From contig CAWDVW010000005.1 of the NCBI GenBank assembly GCA_963805855.1, positions 352,001 through 416,000 of the forward strand: DNA of 64,000 nt, written 5' to 3'. Within the stretch, counting starts at the first letter, position 1. Each line of letters begins with the position of its first letter. The position numbers and the translations under genes are program-made. Origin of the DNA: Candidatus Dadabacteria bacterium. Lineage in GTDB: Bacteria; Desulfobacterota_D; UBA1144; Nemesobacterales; CSP1-2. Below the pieces are notes generated by a model that worked only from the letters and a program-made list of their open reading frames with translations, was not told the origin of the DNA and searched no databases. Below, one piece after another: positions 50,640-59,521 of this stretch.

Positions 50640-52135
50640 ATGAATAATTTATTTGCTGATTTAAAAAGCCTGACCTTCCCTGGAAAGTATTTTGTTTCAG
50701 AAGATAAAAAGACCATACTTGGTGAAACAAGATTTAGAGACATATTGTTTTTAGATTATAGAGACACGGAAGCCGGAAGCAATCCAAGAGAATATGCAGG
50801 ACTAAAAAAGACAAATGAAGAAATATTAAAAAGCCTTCTTAGGGACTATAAAAATATGTTTCGCTTTCTCCATTCGGGAATAATTGCATCTTTAACTGGT
50901 CTAAAACTAATAAATGATTCACATACAATATGATAGTTGTTGTTTAACAAACGGGAATCAGACACGGTTCATTATCCTAATTCTCGCTTTGCTGAGGATG
51001 TACTCTATCGAGAATGACATTAGCAACATAAATGAAAAATCATTCAAAAGCTTAATAAAAGAGAAATTTAAGAATAAAAATAATATCTTAAACTTCTCAT
51101 CTTTCGTCAAATATACAAAAATTGCGGAGATACGCAGATTCCTATTAGGAAATGGAAAATATTTAATTTCTTTTAAAGATATGAATTTCGACGTATTCTT
51201 GAAATTCAAAAATCAGAATTCAAGTAAATGTCTTAGAAAGAATAATAGAGCCTATAGATGATTTAGATGAATATGATGCAGGCACATTAATTGCTCAAGC
51301 CAATAACAACACGCAAAACGTAAAAGTTGACGATATATTTGGTAGTCGCCATAAAAAGGAATTACCTAAATTCATTTTTGATAATTTTATTTCTCGTTAT
51401 GGTGACTCTGTAAAAATAGAATACCGATTAGGAGAAGTTATTCGAGAAAGGGTCCAAAGTTCATATCCTAACTTTACTAAGACCGGTTGTTGCTACGGGA
51501 ATATTAACTAAAGAAAAGGATGTATTTAGGTTATCTAATCAAAGAACCCCTATATATAATCTTTTTACAAAACTTTTGAGAAATTTAACAAAGGAGATGA
51601 AAAAGCCAAGAAAACAGTGGAATCGGTCTCGAAAATGATTCCGCTCCTTTATGACATAAGAGAAAATTTTATCATTCCTCAATTAAGACTACACAAGAGT
51701 ATATTTTATAGAGAATACCGAGAGAAAGCTATAAATAAAGAATTAGATACAACAACAATCCGCGATAGAATAAAATTCAAAGATGGGGAATTACTAGAGG
51801 ATTCAATAGACGCTTTAAAAAAAATCACAAATTTTAATATAGACCATATAATTCCTGTGGTTGTTTTTAGAATTAGAAAAATTATAAAATTGAATCTACT
51901 GGCGAAGTGGCAATTACAGTTTCAAACGGATAAAGAAAAGTTTTTCAAAACGATAATACAGGCGATATATAAAAGTTATATTGAACTTAAGTTGATTGGT
52001 ACTGCTGGTTCAATAACAGACGAAATTAGGAAGACAGCATTTTTTAAAAACGGTGAGGAAGGTTATGAAGCTTTAAAGAATTTGTTAAATTTCGAAGAAA
52101 CAAAATTTATAGAAGAAAATAAGTACATTGCATAA
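50640..52135 (+). pseudogene. AIPR-family (ParB/Srx-like) protein, about 4 frameshifts
   Basis: Joined fragments show SNPREY..N..I..SL..F...HSGI, LTNGNQT, ANNNTQNVKVDD (about 51298-51334), matching the AIPR motif order. Confidence 0.65.
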
Positions 52136-52181
52136 ACAGGAAATCAATCAAAACAAGTCAGGCTCAAACATTTAGACAGAG

Positions 52182-52211
52182 AAACTCGGGGCCAGGCATG
52201 CAATTTGACAC
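52182..52211 (+). repeat. 30-bp direct repeat, copy 1
   Basis: AAACTCGGGGCCAGGCATGCAATTTGACAC; 29/30 identical to 53743-53772. Confidence 0.9.
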
Positions 52212-52519
52212 ATATAAGCTGTCTTCATTCTAGCCCCTTTGTTTCTTAATTTATCTTTGTAAAGCTCGTAATTAACTCGTTACAGGCACGAATTAATTAA
52301 TCAGACGTTAATAAGAATTAGTCAACAAAAGACCCCAAACTTTAAACTCTGTAATCCCGAAGGTCGTGGGTTCTCCAGTTCTATGCCGCTCGGTCGTGAT
52401 CCTGATTGGCGTTGGTTTTCCGGCTGCCAGCGCGCGCCACCATCCAGAATTGCGGAGATTGGATGGCATATTCACCGCATAACCTACGGAGAATGATCTA
52501 GCTTTTGCGGCGAATAACA

Positions 52520-52554
52520 GGCATAATCTCCGCATGAGGTGCGGAGATTATGCC
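52520..52554. promoter_or_regulatory. Perfect 15-bp inverted repeat over the Fic RBS and start codon
   Basis: GGCATAATCTCCGCA-TGAGG-TGCGGAGATTATGCC; related arms at about 52470-52494. Confidence 0.75.
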
Positions 52555-53663
52555 AAAATATATCCATGAATTGGCGAACTGGCCGCAGTTTCGCTGGGAT
52601 CGACAAGGTCCTGGCGGAACCCCTGGCTGCCGTGCGCCACCGGCAGGGACGGCTAATCGGGCGAATGGAAGGGCTTGGCTTTGCCTTGCGCGGTGAAGCC
52701 TTGCTCCAGACCCTGACCGAGGACGTCCTCAAGTCCAGCGAGATCGAAGGCGAAATCCTCGACCGCGACCAGGTGCGCTCTTCGATTGCCCGGCGGCTTG
52801 GGGATTGATATCGGCGCGCTGACTCCCGCCGACCGCGATGTCGAAGGCGTCGTCGAGATGATGCTCGACGCGACGCAGAAATTTGATGAACCGTTGACGG
52901 ACGAGCGGCTGTTCGGCTGGCATGCGGCGCTGTTCCCGACCGGGCGCAGCGGCATGCAGCGGATCATCGTCGGCGACTGGCGCGATGACAAGAGCGGGCC
53001 GATGCAGGTGGTCTCAGGCGCCTACGGGCATGAACGTGTTCACTATGAAGCGCCGGCAGCCGCTCGCGTGTCCGTCAGAAATGAAAGCGTTCCTGACCTG
53101 GTTCAATGCGCGAGCAGAGACTCGATCCGGTGCTGAAGGCGGGAATTGCGCATCTGTGGTTTGTCACCATCCACCCGTTCGATGACGGCAACGGGCGCAT
53201 CGCGCGCGCGATCGCCGACATGCAGCTCGCGCGGTCGGAAGGGAGTCCGCAGCGCTTTTACAGCATGTCGGCGCAAATCCGGCAGGAGCGTGGGACGTAC
53301 TACAAGATCCTTGAGACGACGCAGAAAGGCGATCTCGACATCACGGCCTGGCTCGATTGGTTCCTTGCCTGCCTGGGTCGCGCGATCGACGGCGCAGAAA
53401 ACGCACTAGCCGGTGTGCTGGCGAAGGCGCGGTTCTGGAACCACTACAAGGACGAAGTTCTCAACGAGCGCCAGCGCGACATGCTGAACCGGCTTCTGGA
53501 CGGTTTCGAGGGAAAGCTGACGTCGTCGAAATGGGCGAAGATCGAGAAGTGTTCGCAGGATACCGCCTTGCGCGACATTACCGATCTGCTTGAACGCGGC
53601 ATCCTGACCAAGGATCCCGGCGGTGGTCGTAGCACCAGCTATTCTCTGGCAGAATGGAGTTGA
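52550..53663 (+). pseudogene. Fic-family protein with DUF4172 N-terminus and C-terminal HTH, about 4 frameshifts, GC-rich
   Basis: MPKYIHELANWPQFRWD start, SSEIEGE, intact HPFDDGNGRIAR Fic motif, CSQDTALRDI..L, GGRSTSY. Confidence 0.88.
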
Positions 53664-53742
53664 TCAGGAAGCGCAGTGCAGATTGCCATTGGGGTGGGGT
53701 GGCTCTAGGAATGAAGAGAGTCGATATGATCGATTTCGAAAA

Positions 53743-53772
53743 AAACTCGGGGCCAGGCATGCATTTTGACAC
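53743..53772 (+). repeat. 30-bp direct repeat, copy 2
   Basis: AAACTCGGGGCCAGGCATGCATTTTGACAC. Confidence 0.9.
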
Positions 53773-53782
53773 TTGCTGACAC

Positions 53783-53817
53783 GATGCAGGATACAGGATG
53801 CACGATTCATGATTCAG
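53783..53817 (+). repeat. Heptamer tandem repeat (5 units)
   Basis: gatgcag gatacag gatgcac gattcat gattcag. Confidence 0.8.
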
Positions 53818-54045
53818 AACAATACAACCAGGGATCACAGATTGACAAATAAATGGGTACATCATTATTACGATAGAGACGAGTTTACCCCTATATCTAT
53901 TCTTCCCCGCTCTCTCTTAAACCCTCCTTGCTACTTCCCCATCAAGAACTTCCTCTTTCTTGTCCTTTTCTTGCTTACCGTCGAAGCTGCCTAATTCTTC
54001 TATAAATCACGAGATCGCCGCTGGGCCCCGCCCTTCGCGATTTTG

Positions 54046-54361
54046 GATGTTAGATAATTCGTCGACAAAATCCAAAGACTGATAAATTTCGCTATAATTT
54101 ACTATTCGTCATCCTCAAATGTTTTTATCGTGGATCCATTCTCTAATTTCTTTTTTCTTTGTCTTGATACAAAGAAACAAAAATCAAGGGCTGCAAAAAA
54201 TTAGGAATTATTAAATCAATTCCTTCAGCTAAAAATTTTTAATCCAACCACAGCCCCAAATCTTTTTTTAACGCTTCCGGAATTGATTTTGGCAATTTTT
54301 TGAATGCCCATTTAAAATCCAAAAAACTCTCCCCGAATTACTTGACATCTACTGCGGTGAC
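54046..54361 (+). mobile_element. MITE-like repeat, uninterrupted copy
   Basis: 41 bp (54153-54193) identical to 44086-44126 and 42 bp (54268-54309) identical to 44447-44488. Confidence 0.8.
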
Positions 54362-54526
54362 AATCACAGTGGATTCCCGATAACAGTCCTCTGGAATGAC
54401 CCCGGTGTAGAATTGCGGCTAGAAGTTTTGGTTCATTCACAGTTGGTCATTAAGGTAAAGATAAGTGGGGGACTAGAGTCCTCCGCTACAGAAGAATTCG
54501 CTGAAAAGTGCTTCTATTTCCTTCCC

Positions 54527-54955
54527 TCACTTCAACGGGTTTTTTGCAGTCCTTTCTTTCTCCACCTGTTCCCTCAGATGGTCATCAACGGCCTGCCAGT
54601 AACGCCACCAATACGAATTTTCTTCGTAATTCTTTTTCTGCAATTCAGCCCAATTTATGACCTGAAATACATCGCCCTGATAAAGCATCAGTTTCTTCGC
54701 GGCGTCTTTAGCCTGATCAATGTCAACCGGTAATTTGTTTAGTTCTTCATCAATGTAAGACTTCATAGTCTTAATGCTTTTCTCAATATCGGGAGCAACG
54801 TCTTTTATCTTTTCTCCTGAAATCCTTACTTCATCCGGAAAGTCTTCGAAGTGATTCTTCATTAAATCTACAAAATCCAAAACCCTCTCAAGGTTTTGCT
54901 TTGCCCTGATAGTCTCGGTAACTAAATCGGTAAGCTGCTTAGCAGTCAATGGCAT
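54527..54955 (-). CDS. Hypothetical helical protein
   Basis: GGGAG RBS before ATG 54955; 142-aa ORF. Confidence 0.7.
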   Translation of the reverse strand: MPLTAKQLTDLVTETIRAKQNLERVLDFVDLMKNHFEDFPDEVRISGEKIKDVAPDIEKSIKTMKSYIDEELNKLPVDIDQAKDAAKKLMLYQGDVFQVINWAELQKKNYEENSYWWRYWQAVDDHLREQVEKERTAKNPLK

Positions 54956-55088
54956 ATGTCTACTCCCTATATTATTTTTTTCACACTCCTTTGATTTTTG
55001 AACTAAGTCGCATGTACATATTAACATATATTAATGCGTTAGTTACTACGGAATATTCAGGCAATTTCCCAATTCGAAAGAAAACCTA

Positions 55089-55117
55089 TTGACAGAAGTT
55101 CAGAGAACTCATATAAT
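55089..55117 (+). promoter_or_regulatory. Consensus sigma-70 promoter
   Basis: TTGACA-17 nt-TATAAT; the spacer holds the palindrome AGTTC-AGA-GAACT. Confidence 0.85.
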
Positions 55118-55320
55118 CCGCGTGAGGAATCCTGATTCATTAACCGATGGGGCAATTAGGGGGGTCAGGCTCAGCCCTGAGTCTGATTGTTAGTGGGCGA
55201 TCGAGAAAACAGTAGGAAGAAACTATTAACGCAAGGGAGTTGGTGCACTTAGACGGCCCCCCCCAACAGGGTAGGTACGCCCTAGGCTGCTCAACGCAAA
55301 ACTCTTATAAGGAGGATATC

Positions 55321-57603
55321 ATGAAAAGCACTCTATCAAAACTTACCATTTTTTTCTCTATTATCGTACTCTTAGGTTTGATTTGGCAATTTATTCCAAG
55401 CACCGATCACTCTTCGGATAAGAGGCTTTACCCAGTTATAGGTAATGCGAAAAAACTGAAGAATACTTATGAGACCTGGAAGGCAAGGGCTACGAAAAAC
55501 GGCGCAGAGAAGAAGATGTTGATTCAGCTTGGATATATGAAAGGTTTATCTTCTGATTTCACAGAGGCCCATGGTCGGGCTTCAATCGACCTTACGGACG
55601 GGACATTAGACGTCGAGGTCACTGGTCTAGACGCCGAAAAAGATTTCGACTTTTGGTTTGTCGATAATATTAGCGGACCTGGAAAAAGTGTTAAGCCGGA
55701 AGATGGCGATAAAATTGTTAATCTCGGTAAATTAAAAAACAACAACGGTCGTCTTGTACTGAATAAGAGATTGGCGACAGGACAAGTCAAGGACTTCAAG
55801 CTCGATCTTGCCGTTGTCGCCAGAAGTGGTGAGAACCCGGCCGATAGGGGTTTATTATTTGGATCGCCCAGCCTCTTTCAAAGGCTTTACTATAGTGAAT
55901 TACGGGGGGAATTTGGAAACCTTGGAGACAGACACACATACAAAAACACCGAAAACATGATGTTGACCACACCATTCAGCGTTATAATACCAACTCCTGC
56001 ATACGCTGATGACGGCGGGGTGGACGAATTAGTGGCTGAAGGTGAGGAACTCTTTTTTGAAGAAACATTTGACGGAAACGGCAGGACCTGCGGAACATGT
56101 CACCCAATGGAAAACAACCTAACTATTGACCCGGAGTTCATTGATACGCTGCCCCCCGACGATCCACTCTTCGTGGCTGAATTTAATAAAAAACTATCAA
56201 AGGATTTCGAGAGGCCGGATTTGATGCGGGAGTTCGGTCTCATCCGGGAAAATGTAGATGGTTTCGACGACTTGGCGAATAAATTTGTGATGCGCGGGGT
56301 TCCCCACACACTCGCGTTGCAAACATCTATCTTGCAGCCTATAATTGGTGCTGACCTTCCGCTTAATGAAGTCGGCCATGCCATAAAAGAGGGGATGGAG
56401 ATGACAGGATGGTCAGGTGACGGAGCACCTGGAGGTAGCACTTTAAGGGAGTTCGCTACAGGTGCTGTCACTCAGCACTTCACAAAAACCTTGACTCGTA
56501 AAGCCGGCAAAGACTTCCGCCTGCCGAATGATGATGAGCTCGACGCATTGGAGGCGTTCCAGCTTTCATTAGGGCGCCAAGCTGATCCAGTCTTGATGGC
56601 AGACAATAGTTTAGGTCTCATGCTAAAAAATGATCCTGCAGTGGATGATACCCACTTCGCTGGCTTCGATGTCATTAAAGGAAAGGCCGTTTTCATAAAC
56701 GGCTCGGGTTTGGACGAATTTTTTGCGCCAGCTTCTAAGCTTGGCAAGTGCATCACATGTCATTTCAACGCTGGTGCGACTTCCGGCCGCCACCTTCAGG
56801 TCCCCCCTCGCCCCGAGATAGGTATGAATCGAAACGTTGCTACAGGTGCAGAGTTTTTTCTTCTACCCGATGGTAGCGATAGGCATGTTGCCCTAAATAT
56901 CCCGGTTGATGGAGGCTTTGGAAGGTTTAACAGAAGTGTTAATGTTTTAGGCCCTACTCTATCCGTTAATGCCTCCTGCCCACCACCCCCAACTGGCGAT
57001 GGCGGTACCTCTCCCTCACCTACGTGCTGTACCGCTCCCTCACCTACGTGCGGAATCGGAGATGGCAGGTTTAATTCTCCCCCTCTCATTGAGGCAGCAG
57101 ACACCCCTCCCTTCTTCCACAACAATGCATTCAGCACGATCGAAGAGGCTGTTGCGTTCTATAACAGCCCTCTATTTAATCAGGGACGTGGGGTAAATGA
57201 GATACATCTCTTACCTAATCAAATCACTCAAATCGGCACCCTCCTTCGGGTATTAAACGCACTCGAGAACATTCGGTCAGCGATTCAACTCAGTGACACC
57301 GCCTCATCGGCAAAAAACTTTGGCAGGGCAAAGAAATCCCTCGGAGTTGCCCTGGCTGAACTTGATGACGCAATACAGGTTCTTCATGATGGAGGAGATC
57401 ATGATCTACCTGGTGGTCTACCTGGTGGCCTATATCCCCTTGCTGTCGCTGACTTGATGGATGCTGAGGGATCCATAGAGAACGCAATTAAAACTAGTGA
57501 TATGGAGAACAGAAATGAGCTGATAGATATGGCTATCGAAGATGCGATATCGGCTAGAGAGGATATGTGTTTTCTCGGCTCAGATGACGTTCTTTGTCCT
57601 TGA
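55321..57603 (+). CDS. Exported di-haem cytochrome c of the bCcP/MauG superfamily with extra N-terminal domain
   Basis: GGAGG RBS, N-terminal TM/signal, GNGRTCGTCH and CITCH, FNSPPL..ADTPPFFHNN..TIEEAVAFY. Confidence 0.85.
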   Translation: MKSTLSKLTIFFSIIVLLGLIWQFIPSTDHSSDKRLYPVIGNAKKLKNTYETWKARATKNGAEKKMLIQLGYMKGLSSDFTEAHGRASIDLTDGTLDVEVTGLDAEKDFDFWFVDNISGPGKSVKPEDGDKIVNLGKLKNNNGRLVLNKRLATGQVKDFKLDLAVVARSGENPADRGLLFGSPSLFQRLYYSELRGEFGNLGDRHTYKNTENMMLTTPFSVIIPTPAYADDGGVDELVAEGEELFFEETFDGNGRTCGTCHPMENNLTIDPEFIDTLPPDDPLFVAEFNKKLSKDFERPDLMREFGLIRENVDGFDDLANKFVMRGVPHTLALQTSILQPIIGADLPLNEVGHAIKEGMEMTGWSGDGAPGGSTLREFATGAVTQHFTKTLTRKAGKDFRLPNDDELDALEAFQLSLGRQADPVLMADNSLGLMLKNDPAVDDTHFAGFDVIKGKAVFINGSGLDEFFAPASKLGKCITCHFNAGATSGRHLQVPPRPEIGMNRNVATGAEFFLLPDGSDRHVALNIPVDGGFGRFNRSVNVLGPTLSVNASCPPPPTGDGGTSPSPTCCTAPSPTCGIGDGRFNSPPLIEAADTPPFFHNNAFSTIEEAVAFYNSPLFNQGRGVNEIHLLPNQITQIGTLLRVLNALENIRSAIQLSDTASSAKNFGRAKKSLGVALAELDDAIQVLHDGGDHDLPGGLPGGLYPLAVADLMDAEGSIENAIKTSDMENRNELIDMAIEDAISAREDMCFLGSDDVLCP

Positions 57604-57648
57604 TTGTCTGGGCGGACCAGATTTAGAAGCAAGGTTCGGTTAATCTTT

Positions 57649-57672
57649 CCTCCCCCACTACTGTGGGGGAGG
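57649..57672. terminator. Hairpin between convergent genes
   Basis: CCTCCCCCAC-TACT-GTGGGGGAGG; may instead be a REP-like palindrome. Confidence 0.55.
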
Positions 57673-57689
57673 ACTAAGTTGGGGGGAGG

Positions 57690-58394
57690 TTACCCGAGTT
57701 TTTTAAATTCCTCGTCGTCGTAAAGCTTCTCAAAAACCTTATCCTTGTTCGCTTCTTCAATAAATGATTTATTAATTTCAATAGCCTTTCTTAAATCAGA
57801 GAGCGCCTTCTTATTTATCCCTTTTTTGGCATAAACCCTGGCTCGGTTGTACCAACCTTCGGCATAATCGGGTTTAAGTTTTAGCGCCTTGTCCAATGCC
57901 TTGATGGCTTCGTTTAGATCATCAAGGTTGAAGTGTGAGATACCCTTGTTATTCCACGCCTCAACATAATCAGGCTCAATGTCTAATGCCTTTTCATAAG
58001 AGTCAATTGCTTCCCTATCCCGACCAAGCCAGCCAAGGGCTGCCCCCTTATTACACCACGCCACCGCGAACCACGGCTTCAGTTCGAGCGCCTTATCTGA
58101 AGCATTAAGAGCCTCATCGAAGCGCCCTAGCCTACCCAGTGCGGCAGATTTGTTATTCCACGCCTCGGCATAATCCGGCTTCAATTCAATCGCTTTATTG
58201 TAAACCTCAATCTCCTCTTCATTACGACCAATCACAGATAACACTATTCCTTTATTATACCAAGCCTCAGCAAAATCAGACCTCAATTCTATAGCCCTAT
58301 CGAGATTTCTTATTGCCTCCTCATACTCGCCCTTATAGTAGTGATCAGTAGCGCGAAGAACATACTCTTCCGGTTTCAATAGACTCTCCTCCAA
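57690..58394 (-). CDS. TPR-repeat protein
   Basis: Regular 34-aa repeats AW.NKG..L..LGR..EA...DKALELKPDY. Confidence 0.92.
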   Translation of the reverse strand: MEESLLKPEEYVLRATDHYYKGEYEEAIRNLDRAIELRSDFAEAWYNKGIVLSVIGRNEEEIEVYNKAIELKPDYAEAWNNKSAALGRLGRFDEALNASDKALELKPWFAVAWCNKGAALGWLGRDREAIDSYEKALDIEPDYVEAWNNKGISHFNLDDLNEAIKALDKALKLKPDYAEGWYNRARVYAKKGINKKALSDLRKAIEINKSFIEEANKDKVFEKLYDDEEFKKLG

Positions 58395-58477
58395 AAGTAC
58401 TCACGACGGTTTTTCAAAGTTATATAATTTTAAGATTATGACAGAATTCAAAAATCGTCTGAGTATTGATCAAAGAA

Positions 58478-59329
58478 TCAATTATTCTTTGGTCTCAGAA
58501 CTACCAATCCAGGCTTGTCAAGCATATAGGCAAGCAATTCCTCATCAACAACCCTTCTATTATCTTTTCTCGAAGACGCATGCCTTAGATACACTTTATC
58601 ACCCTTTCTGACCAGAATCCCGGTATGTGAAACATCTAGGCCATCCGTATGAGTATAGATACCTATATAATCTCCCGTTTTCAGACGTCCTATAACCGTA
58701 TCATCAATAGATTGAGACGGTATGTAGTGTACAGTACGCTCCTTAACCGGAATACCCGGGAGATCAGGTGTGCCGTCTTTTTTCTTATTCAGAAATTTCT
58801 TGACGGTTCTCGTCCGTTGTCCACCCACCTCTTTTGTGACATCAACGATATTGTCACTATTATATACAGCCCAATCAGTAAAGAAATGATTTCTATTTCT
58901 AAAATCTACCTCGCCAGACTGATACCTTATACGCTGAATATTATCTACAAACATCGGATAAGAACTAGAGAGCTGCATCGCTTCCACATAATCTATATAG
59001 GTAAAGCAATCCATGCCCTCCAAGTTTATCACCCGTTCTTCAGGATGGTTTATATCTCCTACCAGTGTTGATTCCTCGTATTCGGTATTCAGGAATTTCC
59101 CCGATAAAAAGTCTATTCGTCCACCGACATCTTGTATTTTAGACGACTGCTCCATGATACTGTTTAAGTCTTTCTCAGTCCAACTTCCTAATATGAAAAT
59201 CCCGTCTTTGACTTCTGAAGCTGACCCAAAATCATTTATGACAATACTAAGAAAAATCGAAACAGGAAATAAAAAAATGATCAACCTCATCCCGAAAACC
59301 GGTCCATTCCTTTTTGGCTTGAGTATCAT
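58478..59329 (-). CDS. DUF1460 / NlpC-P60-like N-acetylmuramoyl-L-alanine amidase
   Basis: INLEGMDCFTYIDYVEA, RNHFFTDW, GLDVSHTG, HASS. Confidence 0.88.
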   Translation of the reverse strand: MILKPKRNGPVFGMRLIIFLFPVSIFLSIVINDFGSASEVKDGIFILGSWTEKDLNSIMEQSSKIQDVGGRIDFLSGKFLNTEYEESTLVGDINHPEERVINLEGMDCFTYIDYVEAMQLSSSYPMFVDNIQRIRYQSGEVDFRNRNHFFTDWAVYNSDNIVDVTKEVGGQRTRTVKKFLNKKKDGTPDLPGIPVKERTVHYIPSQSIDDTVIGRLKTGDYIGIYTHTDGLDVSHTGILVRKGDKVYLRHASSRKDNRRVVDEELLAYMLDKPGLVVLRPKNN

Positions 59330-59521
59330 AATATTTTTATATTTTACCTAATGCTTCGACTTAGAGGGTATAGACTAATCCCCGACGAAGCAAGAAACTC
59401 AAAGAACGGGTTCGAGTGATTTATAGTAAGAAAAGCACCTCGAGTCAATTTGCAGAAGACATAGGGGGAAGCGATCCCTGCGTACGAGTTACTTAGCAAA
59501 TGATCCGCTCCTCTCCGATGG

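Noticed and set aside
49945-52315. Integron attC sites around the AT-rich genes (hairpins near 49945-49981 and 52270-52313)
   Set aside because: Core sites are in the wrong order or mismatched (RYYYAAC...GTTRRRY not met), the second is too short, and no intI is present
53905-54010. Minus-strand purine-rich stretch reading IEELGSFDGKQEKDKKEEVLDGEVARRV*
   Set aside because: Possibly a gene remnant cut by the MITE, but no start or family can be supported
55005-55045. dif-like site (ttaacata...taatgcg)
   Set aside because: Spacing and arms do not fit the 11-6-11 XerC/XerD layout
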